This document shows positions 19,687 through 29,426 of a stretch of 53,222 bases of DNA, piece by piece. The stretch is from NCBI GenBank assembly GCA_964641915.1, contig CAZXNN010000001.1:1-53222 (forward strand), given 5' to 3'. Source of the stretch: an uncultured Nitrospira sp. (GTDB lineage Bacteria > Nitrospirota > Nitrospiria > Nitrospirales > Nitrospiraceae). The notes beneath the pieces are model-generated. The model searched no databases. It was not told where the DNA came from and saw nothing but the letters and a program-made list of their open reading frames with translations. Within the stretch, counting starts at the first letter, position 1; every line of letters begins with the position of its first letter. A program made the translations under genes and the position numbers.

Positions 19687-20376
19687 TCAATCGGTGAATC
19701 GGTACCGGAGGATACACCACAGCGCCGAGATTCCGTCCTTCCACGTAATCTTCTTGCCTTCAGCATAGGTTCTTCCGTAATACGAAATCGGCACTTCATA
19801 GAGACGACAGCCGAGCTTGGCCACTTTCGCCGTCACTTCCGGCTCAAACCCGAATCGATTGGACCGGAGCCGAATGCGTTGAAATATGTCGGAGCGAAAC
19901 GCCTTATATCCGACTTCCATGTCGTTCAAATTGAGATTCGTCAACATATTACAGATCAGCGTCAACACCCCGTTCCCGACAGAGTGCCAGAAATACAACA
20001 CGCGATGCGCTTCTCCATGAAATCGGTTTCCATACACCACGTCGGCCCTCCCGCTGACGATCGGAGCAATGAGACGCGGGAGATCGCTCGGGTCATATTC
20101 CAGATCGGCATCCTGGATGACGACAATATCACCGGTCACATGGGCAAGGCCGGTTCTGATCGCCGCGCCTTTCCCTTGGTTCCGGTCATGGGACAACACC
20201 CGCACATTGGTGCTACCAAGAGCCTCGTTCAACGCCTCCTTCGTTCCGTCGACCGACGCATCGTCGACAATGATCAGCTCTTTCGAACATCCCAACTCCA
20301 CCGCCAGCACTTTGCCGACCATCTCCGCGATGGTCGCCGCTTCATTGTAGACCGGCATGATGACAGACACTTTCAT
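19687..20376 (-). CDS. GT2 polyprenol-phosphate glycosyltransferase (DPM1-like)
   Basis: IMPVYNE, VDDASVDGT, NQGKGAA, QDADLEYDP, VYGNRF, FGFEPE, RTYAEGKKI. Confidence 0.92.
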   Translation of the reverse strand: MKVSVIMPVYNEAATIAEMVGKVLAVELGCSKELIIVDDASVDGTKEALNEALGSTNVRVLSHDRNQGKGAAIRTGLAHVTGDIVVIQDADLEYDPSDLPRLIAPIVSGRADVVYGNRFHGEAHRVLYFWHSVGNGVLTLICNMLTNLNLNDMEVGYKAFRSDIFQRIRLRSNRFGFEPEVTAKVAKLGCRLYEVPISYYGRTYAEGKKITWKDGISALWCILRYRFTD

Positions 20377-20437
20377 GGCTACCTCTTTCGATGTCTATCT
20401 CAAAGTGAGAATACTGACGACCATTCAAATAACAAGG

Positions 20438-21856
20438 CTATTGAAAGACATCACCTTGCAGCCCTGCCTCCTGGTATGTCAGAAAACATCGAGCCGCTTC
20501 CCGATTACCTTTCACTGAGTAATGTCCCCCGGCTTCCGGCGGATTGAATAGCTCCGGCACTGAAAAGAATCGCATGCAGGGCGTAAGATCGATGTGAGGC
20601 AATCGGACACTTTTGAGAACCTTTACGCCTAATGATTCAGTCCCCTCGTCTAAAATGTCCCCCTCGGTTGGCAAGTGCACGATGAGGGGCCTGGCACCAT
20701 CCGCCAGGACTGCCTCTTCGAACTTCCGAAACAACGCGCCGTTGATCTTCACAGTTTCCACCATGGACGTTTCAGACCGCTCCAGTTTATGAACCGGGTG
20801 GAGCGAGATCAGCAGCCGGAACAGATAGGAACGGGACAAGAGATCCCATTGGGGCTGATCCCATTCGGTCGGATCATACTTTCGGTCATAATCGATGAAA
20901 GGCAAATCCCGGATGGCACTCGCTGAAAAGATTTCCCTTGCCGTCACAAGAGGTTGATTCACAACCCGCAATTCGCTGTTCCGGACCACGAACCTGGGCT
21001 TCGTAAACGGCACCCCCGCATCGGGAAAAGTCAGAAAACTGTAGACACCCATCGTACGCGCCACATTGTCACTGATAAAAGCCAAGATCACAATGTCGGG
21101 ATGCCATTGTCGTACGTCCCGAAGATATCGCAAATACATTTGGTCCACACCGAATCCCGGCACGCCGAAATTCAGCACCTGGCACTGTCCGCGCAAAGCA
21201 GACTCCAGCACATTTCCCCATGTATCCTCGAACGCCACGTTCTCGCCGAACGTAAAGGAATCTCCCACGACGGCGATACGACAAGGCCGGGAATCGAGTG
21301 AAAGCACCTCGCCTGGGCGCGAGGTGCGAATGCCTTGGCTCCCGATGCCATAGAGCCCGTTTTGACTGCTTCGCCCGCTGCCGAGCGTCCATCCAAAATC
21401 CTCATCGGGAACCACATACGGCTTATCGCGATCCGCCTTGTCGAGGATCGACAGATACGCGGCCTGGGTCTTCTTCCATTGTCGCGGATACAGCAAAAGT
21501 GCGCCGAGCTTCTCCCCGGTATTCGCGGGAACTACCAGCATGCGCACACCCGCTTCTCCGAGGAACAAGACGACCGCCACAGATGCCACATTCATCCCCA
21601 AAGCCAATATCCACCGCCTTGACCCGCCTTGGCGATCCGCCCTGCATAAGCTGGATGCAAGGGCCAACATGGCCGCCATGCCAATAAATGCGACCAGCGT
21701 GACGACTCCGGATAGGCTGACCCAAAACTCTGCGGGATTTGTCCGCCCGATTTGGCGATGCCATGCCACGAGCCCGAGCACGAGGCAGGCCTCCGCAGCA
21801 AACAAGGCCGCTATGATTCTCCCCTCGATGGAGCGGATCACGTCGTCAGAAGCCAT
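20438..21856 (-). CDS. Membrane-anchored SGNH/GDSL-family protein
   Basis: Three N-terminal TM segments, VGDSFTFG, NFGVPGFGVDQ, GGHYS..GN. Confidence 0.8.
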   Translation of the reverse strand: MASDDVIRSIEGRIIAALFAAEACLVLGLVAWHRQIGRTNPAEFWVSLSGVVTLVAFIGMAAMLALASSLCRADRQGGSRRWILALGMNVASVAVVLFLGEAGVRMLVVPANTGEKLGALLLYPRQWKKTQAAYLSILDKADRDKPYVVPDEDFGWTLGSGRSSQNGLYGIGSQGIRTSRPGEVLSLDSRPCRIAVVGDSFTFGENVAFEDTWGNVLESALRGQCQVLNFGVPGFGVDQMYLRYLRDVRQWHPDIVILAFISDNVARTMGVYSFLTFPDAGVPFTKPRFVVRNSELRVVNQPLVTAREIFSASAIRDLPFIDYDRKYDPTEWDQPQWDLLSRSYLFRLLISLHPVHKLERSETSMVETVKINGALFRKFEEAVLADGARPLIVHLPTEGDILDEGTESLGVKVLKSVRLPHIDLTPCMRFFSVPELFNPPEAGGHYSVKGNREAARCFLTYQEAGLQGDVFQ

Positions 21857-21884
21857 GTGCCGAGTGTTCTTTCATTCTTAAGAC

Positions 21885-21913
21885 ATTATATCTCTCGCCC
21901 AATTAGGCAGCCA
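21885..21913 (-). promoter_or_regulatory. Possible internal sigma70 promoter
   Basis: Perfect TATAAT on the minus strand at 21885-21890, about 30 nt upstream of the SGNH start. The -35 match is poor (TGGCTG at 17 nt spacing). Confidence 0.25.
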
Positions 21914-22075
21914 GGACGCGAGAGCCGTCATCCCTCATTCACACCTAAATCCAATGTCTGCTACGCCAAGATCTATTGAACTCGTGCCCATTGAGCACAT
22001 CGGGCCACTGAATACTCGAGGATGCACCCAAGCATTTATGGCAGAGGTATGGATCGATTCTCGCCCAACCGGACG

Positions 22076-23764
22076 TTACTCCGAGGCTTTTGTCCGAGGC
22101 ATCTGATGGTCCGCTGGCCTGGCAAACTCATAGATCAACGTCCTTGTGGGAACATGCTCATAGACAACCCGAAACTCGGGTGGCATCAGACTGGGATCTC
22201 GCAGGGCCTGCAAGCCTGCGATATGCGATTCCTCCATTGCGCTGTACACGATAAACCGGATGTGGCGCTCCCTGGCTCGCGTCGCATAGTCCTTAATGGT
22301 CTCAAGCCCCTCGATAGGCTCCATGTTCAGTTTCGCCAAATACGCCAGATGCGGCTTCAAGCTCATGATCGAGTCGCCTGGTACTGCACGTGCGCTCAAT
22401 ACTTCGGCGGCGTCCAAGAGGTAGACGGGTGCCGTACGAAGGAAATATGCGATGCGGGACGCAGAGGTATAGCCCGAGGCGAACAGGAGACCGACAATCA
22501 GAATCCAGCTCACATTCCATACCCGAGAGGTCTCCTGCAAACGTAGAGCGACCTTACCAAGCTCTAGGGCTGCCAGGCTCACAAAAAGAAAGAGGAGCGG
22601 GTATAAAAACAAATAGAAACGATCGGCAAAGCCAGCGAGACCATGCAGAAGATAGCCCCCGCCACACACCATCAAGAACACCAGCCGAGACCTGGTCAGG
22701 TCCCTCAGATACAACAGCATCCCTGCACCGGCAAAGAGAAAGGCAGGGAAGCCGATGACATCCCAGCTCAACTTCAGCACTCGGTCGTGCACAATATCCT
22801 TCATGAACCGGACGCACACGCGCACAGGATCATGCGTCAAGACATCCCAGTACGATGCGTATTGTTGTTCCATGGACGAGATAGACGACGGAGACCCGTC
22901 GCCTTTCGGGTGATAGAAGTGTGCGGCCACCTGTCCGTGGAGATCGCTCGCAAAGGGAGAACCATGATACTGCCAATTGACGATCAGCCATGGGGCGGTC
23001 ACCACCAGCGCCGCTGCGGCAAACGCTGTCATCCTACGAAGGCGGGGCCGCAGCGTGTCATCGGGACCGCTCCGGAACAACAAGGCGAGCGGAATTCCGA
23101 CCAGAAGAAAAATCGCGTTATATCGCACCAGACACGCCAACCCAGCCGCCGCTCCGGACAGAAGACAAACACCCATCGTCGGTTCACGACGGAGCAACAG
23201 CCAGAGCGGAGCCAGCAACAAGAAGTTCGCCAGCACATCCGTCGAGGCCACGAATGAATGGGGCAACAAGGCAAGCAGCACGAACAGTGTCGTCACGAAA
23301 GCGAGTCGTCGATCATATAACATGGACACAATCCCGTAGCCCGCCAACGCCAGTAGGGAACTTGCCGCAACAGAAATAGCGATTCCAGCCTTGAAGAAGT
23401 CATGCGTCAGAATCCACATTCCGGCGAGGATATAGGCGTAGCCCGGCGGATAATGCTGGTTCATGTAGGGCTTTCCGGAGAGAACATTCTGTGCCAGCCC
23501 GACATCACGCCCCAAGAAATCGGTCTCGACCCCCCAATTGCCGACTTCACGAGAAGCGCCGAGCGAAAAAGACAGCAGCCCGACACCGAGACAGACAATC
23601 AAGGCAAGGATGTCATACAAGCGGGCCCGGCCCGGTTCAGGCTTCTCGAATGCTGTCGAAGACGGGCGGGTCAAGATCTGCACGATGTCCGCTGCTCCCT
23701 GGGTGCCCCATTCCGCCGCCTGCCGCTTCACGGCGTTCGGAACACATACCCCTATGAATGTCAC
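22076..23764 (-). CDS. ArnT/PMT-like GT-C membrane glycosyltransferase
   Basis: Many TM segments, GVETDF luminal motif, HYPPGY, ASTDVL, GLACLVRYN, DRFYLFLYP. Start codon uncertain. Confidence 0.78.
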   Translation of the reverse strand: MTFIGVCVPNAVKRQAAEWGTQGAADIVQILTRPSSTAFEKPEPGRARLYDILALIVCLGVGLLSFSLGASREVGNWGVETDFLGRDVGLAQNVLSGKPYMNQHYPPGYAYILAGMWILTHDFFKAGIAISVAASSLLALAGYGIVSMLYDRRLAFVTTLFVLLALLPHSFVASTDVLANFLLLAPLWLLLRREPTMGVCLLSGAAAGLACLVRYNAIFLLVGIPLALLFRSGPDDTLRPRLRRMTAFAAAALVVTAPWLIVNWQYHGSPFASDLHGQVAAHFYHPKGDGSPSSISSMEQQYASYWDVLTHDPVRVCVRFMKDIVHDRVLKLSWDVIGFPAFLFAGAGMLLYLRDLTRSRLVFLMVCGGGYLLHGLAGFADRFYLFLYPLLFLFVSLAALELGKVALRLQETSRVWNVSWILIVGLLFASGYTSASRIAYFLRTAPVYLLDAAEVLSARAVPGDSIMSLKPHLAYLAKLNMEPIEGLETIKDYATRARERHIRFIVYSAMEESHIAGLQALRDPSLMPPEFRVVYEHVPTRTLIYEFARPADHQMPRTKASE

Positions 23765-24108
23765 TGCGCAAGGGACTGCGCCGTCAGGCCCTGTTCAGCA
23801 CACACAGATTTCTCGTTTTGCCCCGGTCTCTGATCAATAGACGGTCACCATGATAGCGCGTATGCGCCGTCGAAATCATAAACGCCCTCTACCGACACTC
23901 TCGCACCCGCCCTCTTGTCACTGAGTCCTGTTCACCAACGACAAGAGCGGATCTTCACCCGTCTCCTCAAACGATTCACGCAGGCAATATGTCTGGATGT
24001 GTGGGCCGGAAACGGAATTCGCACCACCTCTGGCCGGCCATCCACTATTTGTCGACGGCCAGAATCATGCGCAACGGACGGCAGAATCAGGACACAGGAT
24101 CCATCCCT

Positions 24109-25386
24109 CTACGCCAGCTCTTGATACAAGCTCGCATAGCGCTCTGCCTGAAGCACCAAGGGGTAGTCCTCAAGAGCCACTCGGCGGCAGTGGGCCGACA
24201 TCGTCCTGAGTACGTCAGGGGCGTTCAGCAACTCCACAATAGTTGAAGCGAGAACGGGAACCTCAAAGGCCGGGACCAGCTGCCCGGTTATTCCGGGGCG
24301 GACCATATCCGGAGTCCCTCCCGCATCAAAACTGACCACCGGCACTCCACATGCCATGGACTCCAGAACCGTATTGGCAAGATTGTCCTGCAAGGATGGA
24401 AGCACGAAGATGTCCGCCGCGCTGTAGACAGCAGACAGTAATCGGTCGTCATGAACGGAGCCCAGATGAAGCCACGGCATGCGACCATCTGCTTGCGGTG
24501 GCTGCTGCCCTAACGAGACCAGCAACAACTTCTCGACGCGTTTCGCGCAATGCGGGAGTGCCTCCAATAAAAAAGAAAACCCCTTGCGACGATTATCGAC
24601 AACATCGGCGAGGAAAAACACGACACGAGCGTCCTGCGGAATCCCCAGCAGGTCTCTCGAATAGGCCTTATCGCGTGGCATAAACACGTCAAGGTCCAGT
24701 CCATAGGGAATCACGTCGACTCTAATCTCCGACAACAGGCTGCTCTTCCGGGCTTCTTCCGCAAGCCACCGGCTGGGGGTAACAATACGCAGGCGCCCTG
24801 TTTTTGCTGCCATGATCGCCCGCCTCTTACGTTCCCACACCGCGCGCGACAGGTCCTGTTCCTGGTTCGACCCCAGTTGTGGACAGGCCCCGCAAGACCC
24901 GGAAAAACGGCCGCACCGGTGGTCGTAGTGGCACCCTCCGGTAAAGGCATTCATATCGTGTAAGGTCCACACCACGGGCGTAGTCCGAGTCATCTGAGGC
25001 AAAAACGAGGTGAAGTCCACCATGCCCGCCACCCAATGGAGATTGACCACATCGCAAGGCGGTACTTGCGCCACCAAGGCATGTGGGAACGGCCCACGAT
25101 CGTCGCTAAACAATTCATATCCTGACGGACGCGTTTCACGATACCGGACGAAGTCTCGCGCGATGGCCTCCCGTCGTATACGGTTCCCAATCCGATCCAT
25201 GACCCCCTGCGGGGGCTCAAACCTGACGATCGACTGATCGGCGCACGTTTTTTCCAGCGCAAACATCGTCGATGAACATCCGATGCGCTGGAGGCCTTGG
25301 TGAAGCCGATAGGCAGAGCGCGCGGCGCCGCCCTTCACATCAATCGTACTCAGATGAACGACTGTCTTGTGTTCTTTTTTCACCAT
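24109..25386 (-). CDS. GT4 glycosyltransferase (WcaC-like)
   Basis: GGAARSAYRLH, VNLHWV, VWTLHDM..FTGGCHY, CGACPQL, TPSRWL, DNLANTVLESMACG. Confidence 0.92.
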   Translation of the reverse strand: MVKKEHKTVVHLSTIDVKGGAARSAYRLHQGLQRIGCSSTMFALEKTCADQSIVRFEPPQGVMDRIGNRIRREAIARDFVRYRETRPSGYELFSDDRGPFPHALVAQVPPCDVVNLHWVAGMVDFTSFLPQMTRTTPVVWTLHDMNAFTGGCHYDHRCGRFSGSCGACPQLGSNQEQDLSRAVWERKRRAIMAAKTGRLRIVTPSRWLAEEARKSSLLSEIRVDVIPYGLDLDVFMPRDKAYSRDLLGIPQDARVVFFLADVVDNRRKGFSFLLEALPHCAKRVEKLLLVSLGQQPPQADGRMPWLHLGSVHDDRLLSAVYSAADIFVLPSLQDNLANTVLESMACGVPVVSFDAGGTPDMVRPGITGQLVPAFEVPVLASTIVELLNAPDVLRTMSAHCRRVALEDYPLVLQAERYASLYQELA

Positions 25387-25441
25387 ACCTCCACGATGAG
25401 CGCGCCTCGTATCGCATTAGGGAAGCCGCCGGCCAAACCGA

Positions 25442-26449
25442 TCAAGACATTCGGCTTTTGAGTGTTTGGCACAGCCTATGGACCCAGGGAAGCTGCGCCT
25501 TGGCTTTCCTGAGAAGCTTTTCTTTCACTCCATACCAAAGTGATGACCTGACCGCTCGATAGTAGCTGGGGATATAGGGCAGCGCAAACGCGGCTCTGAC
25601 CCACGGGACGAGAGACAAGCGCTCTTTATAGAGCGTATCCCAACGATGATAATACGTCTCCCACGTCATTTTGATCAGGCTGTTCTTCAGCATAGTCCAC
25701 TGCGCAGGCTCACGCTCGGCAAATGCCAGCAGCCAGGGATCCGTGTCTAGAAACTTGAGAAACCGCCGCGTGTCTTCCGCCAACACCGAACACTTTAGGG
25801 ACCATCCGACACTCGCTTCATCTTGCTGCAATTGATAGGCACAGGCATTCGTCAAGGCGATCGAGCATCCCAATGACAACTTGACCAGGACCGCGTCATC
25901 ACAGTGAGTTCCCCCCGGGAATTCAGGATATCCCCCGCAGGCTCGAATGTCTGCCGTTCTGGCAAGAATGGCCGTAAAACTTTCAAATCCCATTTGGGTC
26001 CATTGCGTAATGAGCTGTTCACCCGAGATGGAATGCGGAGCGTGGTTCGGAGACACGCGCAACACACATCCTGACGCGTCGACATATTCCTGCCGCGCAA
26101 TCGCAACGGCGAGGGTCGGATCCTGCTCAAGAAGCGGCACCAGTGTCGACACATAGTTGGGACTGATCGCGTCATCGTCCGGCATCCAGATAAAGTATTT
26201 CCCGGAAGCGGCCTCGACCAGCTGATTGTAGTGAGCCGGCAACGTCACAATCGCCGGATTTTGCCGAAACACATAAGGCCGAGCGTAATGTTGATCGACG
26301 AGATCCCGAACGGCTGTTCCATTGAGTCCGTTGTCCGACACCAGCAGTTCAATGCAGGGGTAGTCCTGCTTTAGCACAGACTGCAAGGCCCGCTGCAGGC
26401 AGCTCAGCCGCTTGTAGACGGGAATTCCGATCGTGACTAAAGGCATCAT
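25442..26449 (-). CDS. GT2 glycosyltransferase (paralog A)
   Basis: LVTIGIPVYKR, LVSDNG, WMPDDD. ATG at 26449. Confidence 0.88.
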   Translation of the reverse strand: MMPLVTIGIPVYKRLSCLQRALQSVLKQDYPCIELLVSDNGLNGTAVRDLVDQHYARPYVFRQNPAIVTLPAHYNQLVEAASGKYFIWMPDDDAISPNYVSTLVPLLEQDPTLAVAIARQEYVDASGCVLRVSPNHAPHSISGEQLITQWTQMGFESFTAILARTADIRACGGYPEFPGGTHCDDAVLVKLSLGCSIALTNACAYQLQQDEASVGWSLKCSVLAEDTRRFLKFLDTDPWLLAFAEREPAQWTMLKNSLIKMTWETYYHRWDTLYKERLSLVPWVRAAFALPYIPSYYRAVRSSLWYGVKEKLLRKAKAQLPWVHRLCQTLKSRMS

Positions 26450-28511
26450 AGCTGTAGCATTCCGCTTACAAACCCTCCAACTGCGCGGTCTCTGCGCCAC
26501 TCTCTGATGGAGAGCGGAGAGCAATCGTCCTAAATCTTTCCCGAACAGGAAACCAGGCCTATGATCGTATCCGGCCTGCAACGTGAACGACACATCCAGT
26601 CATCTCATGGACCCGTTTCAACTCTGGCGGCCCAGCAATCCCCACGATGCCGGATGGCAACCACGCGGTTGAAATGTCATCGTGGTTTCACCGCTTCCAT
26701 ATGGATCGAATCAGGTTTGTAGACCGACCCATCCGGATCCGTATCCAGGTGATAATTCGTCCAGTCAGGAATCATACTCTCCGCCGGGTCACGACGCCGG
26801 GGTTCCGCAAACCCTGCCTGTGCCAATACCCGGGCTAAGGAATACCGGTCGTACATCCATTCATGCACTTCTCCGGACAACCGAAACCGCCCAATCTCAA
26901 GGGCGGCGCATCCGTCTGGGCCGAGAATTTTCTGAAGGCCGCGCATGAATACTCTTCGAGGAATGGCTGACAGCCACCGAGTAACCTTTTGAGGCAGCGG
27001 AAGAAGCGTTGGTATAGGTCGAGCCGGTGTTCTAATCGCTTGTAAAATTCGACGGACTTCACCGCCGAACCGTTCGAACAAGAAGCGCTCGTTGGGGAGA
27101 GGATCTTGCCTCAAGTAATCGAGCATGCCTCCGCCTGGACGAATGCGCACGGTTTGATCGTAGAGCTCCAGCATGAGCCAGTCATAATTATGTTGCCACT
27201 GGATATCCCCGTCCGCAGCTTTCTCTACGGCCTCCAGATAAAGACGAGTTAAGCATTCCAAGTCCGGCACGGCCACCCTAAGGATCCCTCCCGGTCGTAA
27301 CACGCGATAGCATTCTCGGAGAAATCCAAGCGCCTCCGCCTTGGGAAAATGTTCCAAGACATGAGAATGGTACACCACATCGAAAGACCGATCGGGAAAG
27401 GGAACGCCTGTGCGGCAATTGTAAGCCTGAACTTGCGGACTGCTCGGGACGACGTCAATATTGGTCCACGCAGGGTGAAATCGCGATCCACAGCCAATAT
27501 TTAAGCAATCCATGAGCCCTCGTGAAGGGAAAGGAACCGAATTGATCAGAACGCTATTCCATTATTCTTTTTGCCTAAGCAGCGCTTCACTCCGAGCACA
27601 ATTCGCTCTTGGATGGCCCACCGCAAGGTCGTCCCGACGGCGCGGTAGTAGCGCGGGAGATACGGAAGCGCAAACCCCGCTTTGATCCAAGGAAAGAACG
27701 GCGGACTTTGACGCCCCATTAACTCCCATCGATGAAAATAGGCCTGCCAGGTCATGGTCAACAGAACATCCTTCAATTCTCTCCATTGCTCAGGAGCTCG
27801 GCTGGCATAGGACTGAACCACTGGATCTGACTCTAAGAAGGTGAGAAATCGCGCCGTGTCTTCGGCGAAACGACCGATGCTGATCGACCATCCGAAACTG
27901 GCGGGGTCCTGGCGTAACCGATAGGCGCAGGTCTTCCGGTAGGCCACAGCGCCGCTGAGACATAATTTGACCATCAACGCGTTATCGCTATAGTTTCCCC
28001 AGGGACAATCGAGATAGCCGCCACAACGCCGGATATCTTCGGTTCTCGCGACAATGGAGGTGTAACTGTCAAACCCGTTTGCGGTCCAGTTGCGGATAAA
28101 CTCCTCTCCTCTGCTGTAATCCGGCAGATGGTCGGGAGACTGTCGCATCAAGCGGCCGGTCGCATCCACAACTTCTTGTCGTGCAATGGCGACCGAAACG
28201 TCCGGTTGATCGTCTAGCGCTTTGACGAGGTCACTCGCATAGGTCGGGCTGATTGTGTCATCGTCCGGCATCCACGCGAAATAGCGTCCGGAGGCCGCAT
28301 GGACGAGCTGCGCATGATGGGAAGGAAGCGGAACCGTCGCTTCGTTCTGACGGAAGATGTAAGGCTTGGAGTACCACTGCTCAATAATCTCGCGGACTTT
28401 TGTCCCATTCTGGCCGTTATCAGAAACAATAAGTTCAATATGAGGGTACCCTTGGGCAGCGATGGACTGTAAGGCCGAGTGGAGACAATCCAGCCGCTTG
28501 TAGACGGGAAT
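26405..28511. repeat. Direct-repeat segments shared by the two GT2 paralogs
   Basis: CAGCCGCTTGTAGACGGGAAT is identical at 26405-26425 and 28491-28511. GTCATCGTCCGGCATCCA is identical at 26171-26188 and 28257-28274. Confidence 0.8.
26677..27513 (-). CDS. Class I SAM-dependent methyltransferase (Methyltransf_11-like)
   Basis: LNIGCG, FDVVYHSHVLEH, ECYRVLRPGGILRVAVPD, GEVHEWMYD. Confidence 0.9.
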   Translation of the reverse strand: MDCLNIGCGSRFHPAWTNIDVVPSSPQVQAYNCRTGVPFPDRSFDVVYHSHVLEHFPKAEALGFLRECYRVLRPGGILRVAVPDLECLTRLYLEAVEKAADGDIQWQHNYDWLMLELYDQTVRIRPGGGMLDYLRQDPLPNERFLFERFGGEVRRILQAIRTPARPIPTLLPLPQKVTRWLSAIPRRVFMRGLQKILGPDGCAALEIGRFRLSGEVHEWMYDRYSLARVLAQAGFAEPRRRDPAESMIPDWTNYHLDTDPDGSVYKPDSIHMEAVKPR

Positions 28512-28535
28512 CCCAATGGTCAGCAGTGACGGCAT
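27546..28535 (-). CDS. GT2 glycosyltransferase (paralog B)
   Basis: LLTIGIPVYKR, IVSDNG, WMPDDD. Colinear similarity to 25442..26449. ATG at 28535. Confidence 0.88.
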   Translation of the reverse strand: MPSLLTIGIPVYKRLDCLHSALQSIAAQGYPHIELIVSDNGQNGTKVREIIEQWYSKPYIFRQNEATVPLPSHHAQLVHAASGRYFAWMPDDDTISPTYASDLVKALDDQPDVSVAIARQEVVDATGRLMRQSPDHLPDYSRGEEFIRNWTANGFDSYTSIVARTEDIRRCGGYLDCPWGNYSDNALMVKLCLSGAVAYRKTCAYRLRQDPASFGWSISIGRFAEDTARFLTFLESDPVVQSYASRAPEQWRELKDVLLTMTWQAYFHRWELMGRQSPPFFPWIKAGFALPYLPRYYRAVGTTLRWAIQERIVLGVKRCLGKKNNGIAF

Positions 28536-28710
28536 ACACTCCGTTATCCGGTCGGCTTCGGGCACGTCGGCATGAGCAGCGATTCCCACGGGCACAGCCG
28601 GCGAGCATCCGAGAACTTCGGAGTGCTGCGAGACTCCGCCCGATTCTGCTCTATCAATAACAGGCGATTGGTGACTTTGGAAATTACTTTTGAATCTTGG
28701 ACGACGGAGG

Positions 28711-29406
28711 CTACAGCCGGGGACCCCTCCGCCACATCTTGATCACTTTAGCCGGGACTCCGGCTGCGACAGCGCCATCAGGCACATCGCGCGTCACAAC
28801 AGAGCCGGCCCCGACCACCGCCCCTTTGCCGATGCGCACCCCGGACAACACAATCACTCCATAGCCAAGCCAGGCTTCATCCTCGATCACGATGGGGCCT
28901 TTCGACGTGAGGGGTTGTTCGGCAATAGGGCTACCCGCTTCGACTCCGTGATCGAATGGGTAGAACGCGCACCGAGCTGCTATTTCAACACGCTCCCCGA
29001 TCCGTATCGCCTCCTTGTAGGCAGACAGTTGGCACCCTCGGTGCACATGCGTATCCACACCGATCGTGACGCTCCCTCCCGCACCGGTCACAATCTGCGT
29101 GTCTTCCTGCACACGCACACGGTTGCCCAGCGTCACCGGCCCGCCCTCGGATTCCTGATAGATCAGCACGCGGTCATCGATGAATATATGGGCGCCAAGT
29201 TGAATGGCGGAACCCCAGAGCGTGGCGTGGGTCGAGATAAACCCTCGTGGATTCAGATTGGCAAGGTGATGTCGTTCAAAGTACGGAGGGGCCCACCAGA
29301 GAGCAAGACCAGTCGCCACGCGACGACAATAGGGGAGCCCGGCTACCCGCATCCAGAATCGCGGCCAGTGCCGTTCCAGTTTCCAATAGAGTTTGCTTAC
29401 CCACAC
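28711..29406 (-). CDS. Hexapeptide-repeat (LbH) O-acyltransferase
   Basis: IVIEDEAWLG, VLSGVRIGKGAVVGAGSVVTRDVP..AVAAGVPAK. Confidence 0.9.
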   Translation of the reverse strand: MWVSKLYWKLERHWPRFWMRVAGLPYCRRVATGLALWWAPPYFERHHLANLNPRGFISTHATLWGSAIQLGAHIFIDDRVLIYQESEGGPVTLGNRVRVQEDTQIVTGAGGSVTIGVDTHVHRGCQLSAYKEAIRIGERVEIAARCAFYPFDHGVEAGSPIAEQPLTSKGPIVIEDEAWLGYGVIVLSGVRIGKGAVVGAGSVVTRDVPDGAVAAGVPAKVIKMWRRGPRL

Positions 29407-29426
29407 AGGCGGATAACTCTATGAAG

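Noticed and set aside
19294-20547. 417-aa plus-strand ORF
   Set aside because: Antisense to the well-supported methyltransferase, GT2 and SGNH genes, with no family motifs of its own.
23912-24063. Short inverted repeats (CTCTTGTC/GACAAGAG and TCTGGCCG/CGGCCAGA)
   Set aside because: Only 8-bp arms with long loops, no U-tract, no target duplication or transposase. Compatible with chance.
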